Source: Lama glama (lineage: Eukaryota). Taken from it: DNA of 64,000 bases. The notes below the pieces were generated by a model. That model was not told where the DNA came from, searched no databases, and saw only the letters and a program-made list of their open reading frames with translations. The stretch is from positions 46,440,001 to 46,504,000 of the forward strand of contig CM052818.1 of assembly GCA_028534125.1 (NCBI GenBank), given 5' to 3'. A program made the translations under genes and the position numbers. Shown here one piece after another: positions 54,311 through 64,000 of the stretch. The first letter of the stretch is position 1. Each line of letters starts with the position of its first letter.

Positions 54311-54589
54311 TACTTTAAGACTAAAATGATTTCCAGATAACAAGTTAGAAGTTCTACTGTGCTAAGATATAGTCCATGAAGCAATTTTTCAGTCCTCAAA
54401 CCTACGTTATCTCCTTTCTCTGAACACCTAGAGCACTTTACAGTTTTGCTTTTGGTTTTTTTATTTATTAAGTACAGTCTTGTATTGTTAAATACAAGCT
54501 GTTTCAGGTTGCTTTGGATGTGGAAGGCTGTATCTCGCTCTCTATAACTCTCTTGTGTCCGCTGTAGAACGCTGGCACAGAGGAGGCTC

Positions 54590-54735
54590 TGCACAGCCTG
54601 GAGAGAGCTCTGGAAGGGAAGATGGGGCTTGAGGTCTCCGCTCTGCTACTCAACTACTCTGGGAACTTGGGCATGTTAATATACATCTCTGTGCCTGTTT
54701 CTCCATTTGTTAAATTGGAGGGCTACAGGAGGCTT
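54590..54735 (+). mobile_element. MIR inside the BRINP-like coding region
   Basis: MIR core ctctgctact..cttgggcatgtt..catctctgtgcctgtttctccatttgttaaattgg. Confidence 0.7.
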
Positions 54736-54932
54736 TTCCTGTTCTAAAACCAGTGGTTAAATACTTGGCTACATTGAAGCAATTTTATATTCTAGAAATA
54801 TCTTGTAAACAAATTAGGAATTAGAATATCAGTTTCTATATATTAAAAAAATGCTTCATAGCATAGCAGGCTGCAGCTATTAAAAACAATTCAACAATTT
54901 TGGGAGTCCAAAAATCTTAGGAATGACTTTTT

Positions 54933-55072
54933 AATGGGAATATTTTCTGTTCTTTTTTTCTTTTGTGGGGAGGTAATTAGGTTTATTTACTGCTTAATGG
55001 AGGTACTGGGGATTGAACCCAGGACCTCGTACATGCTAAGCACGCGCTCTACCACTGAGCTGTACCCTCTCC
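54933..55072 (-). mobile_element. Vic-1-type SINE inside the BRINP-like coding region
   Basis: Reverse tRNA-like head; approximate TSD ggaatgactttt/ggagtgacattt. Confidence 0.9.
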
Positions 55073-57869
55073 TGGGAGTGACATTTTGAGCATATCTGTT
55101 GAATCACACACAGATCCTTGTACTTGTTTCATTTTGGTGACATTCTTTCTTCACCATGAATCCCGTGCTAATTGTGGACTGAGGCACTAAGAAGTTGATA
55201 ATCTAGACCCCACACACTTGAAGTTATTTTTTTCCAGCAGTTAAGTTGGTTTTATATCAATTTAGCCACATTCCACCCAGCTTCCCTGTGGCCTATGAAA
55301 CATCCTTGTAGGATGCTTGGTTGAGGTGATTAAGTGTGCCTGAAGTCCTTGGCAGTTTGATGTTCAATCAGTAGCTTTTCATTTCGTTATTATTGACCCT
55401 GATGATTTTGAGCAAAAGCCCCAAAGGAGAGTTCCAGTCTTTTTCCCTCCATCTCAAGGTTAAAAATCGTTCAGTTTTCAGGTTGAAGCTACCAGATGTC
55501 TCTCATTCAAGTACATATTTTGTTACAGAAAGATTAACGGACATAAAACGAGTCCCTTTATTTTATTGATTGAAGTAAGTCCTCTCTTTTAATTTGATTT
55601 TTGCCTATTTCATATCTATCTAATTAGATTAGAATTTTAAAAGGTGTCAGCTGTTTGTGAATAAATTTGATCCACTGGTATAATAGCAAAATATACTCTA
55701 AGTTTTATTTATATCTACAAACAAAATTTCAGCCAATAAAATGTTATGTTTAATTGACCTGCATGCTTTCTGAAAGGCAAAGCTCCTATAATGTACATGA
55801 GAACTGAGTAGCAGGTGCACTGAGGTTAGACACAAAGTGAAGGAGGGTTCCCGTTCACAGAAATGCCATTAGGCACATTCCTATTATCTCTTCAGTAAAC
55901 ACAAATGTTTTGTCAGTAAATGAATAAATGGACAATAGCTAACACTTAGGGAAACATTAATTTCATGCACTTCATATGAATTTTTAATATAGTCTCAAAA
56001 AACTCAGTGAGATCCTCAGTTATATCAGTGAGTCGCTTTCATCTTGATCCCTTCATCTGTGGAAGTTTTAAAGGCAAAAGTGGAGTTTGTAAAATTTCTA
56101 TTACTGGGATCATTAATGCTGATTTTGCTTATCCATCCAGGCTGAATCAGATTTATTTAGTTCTCCACATGGGAATATGTGTGTAGTCGACTAAAACAGT
56201 TATGACCTCAGGAGTAGTCTTCTTTTGCATAATTCTGTGTCTCCTTTGAGCTCTAATTTTCCTCCACTGCATCACTGCTTTTGTGCCTTATATTGGTTAA
56301 TGGAATATAGTGGGGATAGAGGAAACTTTCCACAATTGGCCTTGTTGTTTCCATTGCTACTTTTTTAAGGTTGATGAGAATTTCATGTTGTGCCGTAAGT
56401 TCTTACAGAAATCAAAATGGCCACGCGTGAAAATATTGTTCCGAATTTCTACCTTTTTCACAGCAAAGAATGATGACTTATTTGTCTCTATCACTGTTAC
56501 TTCTCTAAATAAAAATATAATTTTTGACTTTGTGAATATATCTTGGGGAGTAAATGTTTGGTTTGTACATATAGAATCAAATATACTACACGGACCATCA
56601 GATGAGACCACTGCCCAAGGTCAAAGTTGCATTTTACCTTCTATAGCAATACCATTATGGAGAAGTAATATTTTGTGAAATTTATATCCATGATATAAAC
56701 CACTGCCCACATCTTCGGAAGCAGTATTGGTTTTTCTGACACCAGTGGATTTTCAATACATTGGTGAGTTTATAACCCACCATTCTCCTATTAAATAAAG
56801 AATGGCTCTTCTCTAGAAATCCAAGATGTATTTCAACTTGGAAGCCCACGAGCTTATCATGAGACTGATACATTTTAAGATGAAGATCAAATTTTTTCAC
56901 TAAACTGTTTGTCTGACAAAATTTTGACAAATATCTTTATTCAGGAGAGGTTTTTACTTTCATATCTAACAGGTGGAAATTTGGCATTGAATATACGCCT
57001 ATAAGTTTGTTTAATTCATACACTTAATAATGATCTTTATAAGAAAGACTTGATGACATAAATGTAACTTAGAAAAATTAAACTTGGTTCAAAACGTAAT
57101 TCTGACCATTGTTCGTGTGTAATATAAAATATTTTAAATTATAGAGATGCACGTGTGTTTCTGTTTTTCTTTTCTAAGTAAACTGTGATTCTTAACAAGT
57201 ATACAAATATTAACTTGGGGTTAGATATTTGGAAACTGTTGTGAATTCATATTCTTTGATATGGTGTTGTGTCTTATGATATGTAAAGCTGACTGATTTA
57301 ATGAGCATTCAGTTCAATTAGAACATGGTTTAGATCAATACTTGATTATGCACAGGTTATTATTCTTGTGATACTTGTTTGGTGTTTATAACTCATGCTA
57401 TTTTACTGCAAGTTGAGTCAGATTCTCTTTGTAATTATAGTGAAATCCACTATTTCAGCAAAACCTGCTTAGCAGGCTCTAAGAATCGTCTGCGTTTTAC
57501 TTTGGGAACATTTAACCGTTAGATTCAATGAAGATGCTGTTGTGAGGTGAGCGCTGGTATTGTGAAAATCAGGAACATGAGGTAGGTCTCACATTTCCTA
57601 ATATTCTCCCTTCTGTTTCATAAGTGGTTAGTAATCATGCAAACAAAACATTCCGCCAGCTAGTTGATGGGCGCTTCTTTGCACACAGGTCTGGGTGTAT
57701 TCTGAGTGCTTGTTTTCTTTTGTTGTGCAAAATTCCCTTTCTTCAAACAGGAAATTTTTTAATGTGTGAAGCATATTTCACTGTTATCTCATTTTGTTAC
57801 ATTTTTATTACAAGAATTTTCAGTGAGGGAAATGTGTATATTTTTGTAAGTGGTTTAATGAAAAATATT

Positions 57870-59710
57870 TGAAGAAAAAAATCAGTAAATTAAGAGAAAG
57901 TTGGAAGATAAAATTGAGAAAGTCTTACATAAGAAAAGACAAAGAGCTGGAAAATAGGAGGGGAAATTAGAGAATCAATCCAGGAAGCCCAGTATCTTAC
58001 AACTAAGAATTCCATAAAGAGCGAGCAGAGATAAAGAAGGGGAGAAAAATACTAAAGATACCAGAAGTTTTGCCTGAATTGAAGATCATGTTTCTAGAAT
58101 GAAAGGGCCCACAAAATACTCAGCACAGTGAATAGAAAAGACTCACCTCAAGACACATCACTAAAACTTGAGGACATCAATGATATAAAAAGAATATCCA
58201 AAAAGCTTCCAAAGGAGGAAGGAAAAAAAAAAAAACAAAACAGTTCACGTACAAAGAATCAGGAATTAAAGTGGCATTTCTTAACAGCATCATTGGAACT
58301 TACAAGAAAACGGAGCAATGGCTTCAAAATTCTAAGTGCAAAATGGTCTCAATGTAAAATTCTAGATCCGGCGTTGGTAGATGCTACAGGTTGGTGCACT
58401 CAACTCCCACCCTCTCCTTCCTGGTAGCCTTTGCTTTAAACACTAGAAAGCTAAAACCGTATTTCCCAGGCTCCCTTGCGTGTTACCAAGGTCGCATCAA
58501 GCAAACTCATGCAGGAGAGACTTGGAAGGTGGAGATATGTGAGGTGACATGTACGTGGGGTATCCGCTATTCTGGGGCATCTGTGGCAAAGGCTGTACTG
58601 TCTCAGCGTTTCTCAACCTTTTTCCTTTTTTTATTGCTCCCCTGAGGAGCTTTTTCAGACTTTTCTCCCCTAATTAGTCCCCCTCATGAATTTAAATACC
58701 ACAGATACACTATACATCGGTTTATGTACCATATGTATGTGTTTTGTATTTTAAAAGGCAAGTTTTTGTAGCCTCCCCATTCCTCCAAAACAAAATTTGC
58801 CCCTATTGAGGCAATATTGCCTCTGTTGAGAATGCATATACCTTCTGACCCCTGGAATCGTAAGTACCAAACAGCAGGTGGTAGTGGTGTGGGCAGGTGT
58901 TGGGGGGGGTGGTTACTATTCGAACAGTCCAGTGGTGTGACTGAGTGTTGTTCTTGGCTGTGCAACATCCACGTGTTCCAATGCAGAAGTGAAAGGAGTC
59001 CTTCCATTTCACACGCACACACACACAATCCTAGGCTGAAAGGCTTGCTTTAGAATTTAGAGAGCAGTCAATCCAGAATGGAACAGGAGAAACGTGTTCT
59101 AGGACATCTAGAAAGACATGGAACAGATAGATTACACAATGCACATGATCATGGTGATAGAAGGTTTAAAGTTGTGTGGTAGGATTTGGAGATAAATTCA
59201 TGATAGTTACATAGAAAACTGAATGAGGAAGATGAAAAGGCAAATGTTAACTCCAGGAAAAATACAAAGTAGTAGAGAAATGGAAACATAATCATAGTAT
59301 ACTATGTGACTTATCTTTGAACAATATTTATGAGGTCATAACAATGGAAACTGGATATTTATTTAACCCAGAGTAGTGATACAATATATTTGAGGATAGG
59401 GTTGGAGGGAGTATGGGAAAAGAGGTGTATTCTTATCTTCTATAGTAAGGTGGTCAATACATACTGTTTGAAATGAGAAAGTCTTGAAATAACAGTATAA
59501 ACATTTTCTTAAAAGAAACATAGAGGGCAACACCAACAGAGACAGTTAACAGCTGATAATGTTGATGATGGGAAGCAAAGCAGGAGGGGGAGAAGGAGGA
59601 CAGGGGACTTTCTTTTTTCCTTAAATACAGTGCTCTTTGATTTTTTAACTTGCACATGTATTACTTTATGAAAAATAAAAATGAAATGAAATTCGAAAAA
59701 TAAAAGCAAG
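57870..59710 (+). mobile_element. Old L1/HAL1 fragments with a nested ERVL-like LTR and hAT element
   Basis: A-rich ORF1-like sequence at 57870-58370; LTR16/33-like sequence ~58375-59040; inverted termini ~58605-58840. Confidence 0.55.
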
Positions 59711-60477
59711 AGAAAAAAAGTCTGCATTGTTCTAAGACCTCTTTACTGCTTCTTTTTTCATTTTCTCCCTAGGTGGTCTTGTTCATGTTTATCTATAGTT
59801 CCTTTTCTTTTATGGAAGATCTTAGATATACCATTTCTTGGCAAGGACTTTACATATGCACGTTGTTGATAGCTTTTGATCTAAGTGAGCCTCTTAAAAA
59901 CCAAATACTGTGGTAAATGAATTCCCTCTTATTTCCAGATTCTCTTCCTGGTCCAAATGCTTTATCATTTGAATGTTATATTGGCCAATGCTGGCTGTGA
60001 AACTCAGGCTCTCATAGTTGGCAGATTTTTGATGTTTGTAAGAAAACACTTTTATCAAAAATATGGAGGAATATTTATATCTTTCTCTTTATTACACATA
60101 TACAATCAACTAGAATTTACTCTGAGCATTTCATTTTGATTACACTTAATAACAAAATAAGTCTAGAAATATTAGCTATCATAGTTACTAGTACTAATTT
60201 AGTATTAGTGGATTTAGTTAACGTTTTGACATAGGAAAAGGGTTATGGATTCATTATTTGTAAATTGTAAAGACACTTAAAACCTATTAAATTACTTGTT
60301 CTGGTATAAGTCAGCACCTGTGAATTATTTCTGTATTTGCTGAATTAAAATGAAGTTCTTAAGACAGTAAGAGCCTAGAGCAATGGTTCTTAAACTTCAG
60401 TGTATGCTTAAGAATTACACTTTGGTAAAATGCAGATTCCAGGGCCCTGCCCTATAAATTATAATTCTTCTTCCCCT

Positions 60478-61350
60478 TTTTTCTTAAATTAAACAAAATT
60501 TTTATTGAGGTATGGTTGATTTACAATGTTGTGTTAGTTTTAGGTGTATAGCAAAGTTTATATATATATACTTTTTCAGATTCTTTTCCATTATAAGTTA
60601 TTACAAGATACTGAATACAGTTCCCTGTGCTACACAATAAGTCCTTGTCATTTATCTATTTTATGTATAGTAGTTTGTATCTGCTAATCCCAAACTCCTA
60701 ATTTATCACCCCCCCAACCTTTCCCCTTTGGTAACCATAGTTTGATTTTCTATGTGTATGAGTCTATTTCTAGTTTGTAAATAAGTTCATTTGTATCATT
60801 TTTTTAGGTGCCACATATAAGTGATATCATAATATTTGTCTTTGACTTTCTTCACTTAATATGATCATCTCTAGGTCCATCCCTGTTGCTGCAAATGGCA
60901 TTAATTTCATTCTTCTTTATGGCTGAGTAATATTACACACACACACACACACACATATACCATATCTTCTTTATCCGTTCTTCTATTGACGGGCATTTAG
61001 GTTACTTCTGTGCCTTGGCTATTGTAAATAGTGCTGCTGTGAACACTGGGGTGCATATATCTTTTTGAATTACAGTTTTCTCTGGGTATCTGCCCAGGAG
61101 TGGGACTACTAGATCATATGGTAACTCTACTTTTAGCTTTTTAAGGAACCTCCATACTGTTCTCCATAGTGGCTGCACAAAACTACATTCCCACCAACAG
61201 TGTAGGAGGGTTGCTTTTTCTCCACACCCTCCGCAGCATTTATTATTTGTAGACTTTTTAAATGATGACTATTTTCGGTGGTGTGAGGTAATACCTCACT
61301 GTAGTTTTGATTTGCATTTTTCTGATAATTAGTGATATTGAGCATTTTTA
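60478..61350 (-). mobile_element. Young L1 3' end
   Basis: Minus ORF 61133-61345 is L1 ORF2-derived; shared 3'UTR. Confidence 0.9.
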
Positions 61351-62349
61351 TTTATAATTCTTCTTTTTAAAAATTCTGATTCTTTATATGTTTGGTGTTG
61401 TCCAAGAATCTGGATTTGAAGCAAATATCCTGGGTGATTTTAAGGTGGTTCTGTGGAAGCCTCTGAGATACACTGACTTGTTGGATTGTGTCCAATACAC
61501 TGGAGTTGATTTTATTTTTCTTTTAATTTATTTGTTAGTGACACTCAAGCAACTCCAAAGGGAACAATTTTATGTGTTCTTTCAACTGAGTATCTAGGGA
61601 CCAGTAGCTGAATATATTTTATACAAAGAGGAATGGAGTAGCTTTATGCAATAAGATCAAGTTCCTGGCTCCTGTCCTAGAATAATGTAAGATTATTTCA
61701 TTGGTTACCAGCTGGATGCTAACCCCCAAAAAAAGATAAATATCTGTGGATTCAGAGATGGTATTTTATTTAAGAAGTACTGTATGGAAAGATGAAGTCT
61801 AATGCTACCTGGAATTTTCAAAATCATCAATCAGAGGAATAATTTTTAAATGTGTCACAAAGTAATACACCAATGTATAAATCATACATTCATTTGCTTG
61901 GTTCTTACCCATGAAATTCTTACATAAATTACTGTTTGCCTTTTTTTCATCCTTTTCCTACTGTGTAGGTTGTAAAGTCTCAAAATAGATACTGACAGTT
62001 AAAAAACAAAATAATATAACTTACCATAATATATTTCAGCATCTAAAAAGAAGGAAAAGTTTAAACCTGGTTGTCATTATTTTTGTAAATATAAAGCTCT
62101 GTTAATGCTTTCAGATGAGATAGGCCAGGACTGTAATAAATCATTAAAGTTCATGTCCTCTTTATACTCCAAATCTTAGCCCTTGTTTTTTTTTTGCCCC
62201 CTCTCAATTTGGAGAGAGAAGCTAAACCAACCTTTGTTGCTAATCTACACTTTGACTTTGTATGTGGTACCCACGGGAAATGTGACTGTATACTGTGAGG
62301 CCAGCAATCCCTGTAATAATAATGGTGAGGAGGATGTTGATGATGGAGG

Positions 62350-62570
62350 TGATGATGGCTAATATTTACTGAGTTTACAATATGACAAGCATTAAGTGCT
62401 ATATGTGCATTAAGTTATTTGAATGGCACAAATTATTATTATTCCCACTTTATAGATGAGGAGATTGAGGCCCAAGGAGGTTAAATCACTTGCCCCAAAT
62501 CAATTAAGTAATAAGTAGGCTTCAAACTTAGGCAATCTGTTTCCAGGGCCCAAATTCTTTACCTGAAACT
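62350..62570 (-). mobile_element. MIR
   Basis: attattcccactttatagatgaggagattgaggcccaaggaggttaaatcacttgccc. Confidence 0.85.
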
Positions 62571-64000
62571 TTGTATAATACTACTTTCTTGATGCCTCAA
62601 CAAAGTTAGGGATAATATTTCAGCTGAGGAATCTAAGAGAGGGGCTTCCATTGGTGGTTACTTCCACCTGATCTGTATCCTCATTTTGGAAGGGGCAACC
62701 CACTACGTATACATTTAGTAATACAGTTGATTTAAACTAACTTGGGAACATTTGGTATCTCTTTCATTTTCATTTTCCCCTTAATTTTCATGTGCTGTGA
62801 TTTTCATAAGGACTGTCTTGTGATATACTGTATTTTAAGCCTAGGTTGGAATTTACATACGAAAACCCAAATAAGAGAGAGTAACTATTAGCTTTCAAGT
62901 GGAAACTAAATTAAAAGATAATTTGATGAAATCGAAACCAAGCCATTATCTGATTATAAAGACAATCCTTAGCAGGTCCCTCATGACTAACTAGAAGAGT
63001 CACAGTCCAGGAGAGCAAGTCCTTTAGCAAGGGGCCTGGGCTAGATGTGGTAACCTTAGAATTTACATGTAGAGATGATTCTCATTGTCAAGTCTTCACT
63101 GCTTAGGGCTCTAGCGTTGGAATTGTAATCTGTGGAGCAAAACCTCGCATCTGAAAAATGACAGTGATATGGGAAGGCTTTAAGGTGAAAACATCTACAA
63201 TAAAATATGTTTTTTTGGACACATTTACCCATAAGGAGGAAAATTTGCTGAAAGGGCTAGGCTTCTGAGGGACTACACAGAATTCTTTGGTGGGCCGGAG
63301 ACTTTCTCTTTGTTACGGAGTTGGCAACAGCCGAGCTGGGGGTATAACTCCTCCCCTAGCTGCCAGACTAGACCATTTAGAAGAGCAGTGAGATGTCAAC
63401 ATATGTAAGGAAGATAACTCTTCTTAAAATTATAAACTAAAATCACCTGATTAGGCAGAACTGCGACAATAAGGCCTTCTTACCCTGTGTGGTACTCCAA
63501 GTAGGTGCAACAGGGCTGCTCATGCAGATGGGGATTATGATAAAACCTGCGGTGAGTATTTTGATTTTAAGATGTTTCATAATGTGGACACAAATGCCAT
63601 TATGCAAACATGGGGAGGGCTGAGAGTTTTTTTCTGTACCTAAGGATCAGGGAGTTTCAGATGGTGTACTTACAATAAATGCGCACTAAGGGGGTGTTCT
63701 TTTCATTGAGACTTCGTTAAGTGTGGAAAAGCCCAATTCATCTATGAGGAAAATGAAATATTTCCCCAAGGCACACAGATGTAACGTAGAACTCATCACA
63801 GGTCATTGAGAACAAGAGACATTTCAAGAAGAAAGGTTGATTAGAGATAAACTACAGGTGGTTCTGAAACCAGTGGAGTAACTGGAGAGCAATGCAATTT
63901 GAAAATTGTTTCCACCTCTTACTCAAATAAACACAGGTGGAATGTAGGCTCAGAGAGATGGAGAAGAAGTTCCAGAAATCCCTGGGAATCACTGAAATTA

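Larger units (their letters stand above)
54330..57570 (+). pseudogene. BRINP (DBCCR1/FAM5)-like MACPF pseudogene, apparently intronless
   Basis: 54490-54575 KYKLF..FG-WK..AVER (cf RYKIYREFGRWKVNNLAVER). ~54840 ILKKC (cf IIKKY). ~55250 LYQLA (cf LHQLA). ~55400 ILSKSP. ~55710 YLQTKF (cf YLQEKF). ORF 56310-56678 contains FLQK..RISTFF..VSITVTSLNKNIIFDFVNISWG (cf LLQK..RLDTFF..MSLTLKSNKNRMDFIHMVIG). ~56945 RGFYFHI*QVEIW (cf RQFYIKISDVQVF). The 3' limit is uncertain. Confidence 0.85.

Noticed and set aside
55080..57750. Minus-strand ORFs (56357-56611, 56682-56930) rich in N-x-S/T, first considered a glycoprotein exon or endogenous viral element
   Set aside because: No match to recalled bornavirus L or G proteins; the plus strand gives colinear BRINP motifs, so these are antisense shadows.
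1..64000. Intact CDS, CRISPR arrays or operon-type systems
   Set aside because: Eukaryotic repeat-rich DNA with no regular repeat-spacer array; every recognisable gene has multiple stops or frameshifts.

Overview
Mammalian genomic DNA, very probably camelid (four Vic-1-type tRNA-derived SINEs). It is rich in L1, L2, MIR, LTR and hAT elements, and I found no intact protein-coding gene; the ORF track is chance ORFs, repeat fragments or pseudogene remnants. Between the repeats, hand translation shows a compact cluster of five heavily decayed genes: a RABGAP1/RABGAP1L-like gene (-, ~1.4-11.1 kb) with a GPR21/GPR52-like GPCR nested in an intron (-, ~9.4-10.15 kb), a pappalysin (PAPPA/PAPPA2)-like gene (+, ~14.6-42 kb), an astrotactin-like MACPF gene (-, ~43.8-52.4 kb) and an apparently intronless BRINP-like MACPF gene (+, ~54.3-57.6 kb). 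These are the gene families of the human 1q25 (RABGAP1L[GPR52]..PAPPA2-ASTN1-BRINP2) and 9q33 (PAPPA-ASTN2..BRINP1..RABGAP1[GPR21]) paralogous blocks, so the window looks like a dead extra copy of that paralogon. MIR and MER3 insertions inside coding exons suggest loss before the placental radiation. All protein comparisons were made by eye against human sequences recalled from memory, with no search run. Exon and repeat boundaries are approximate.
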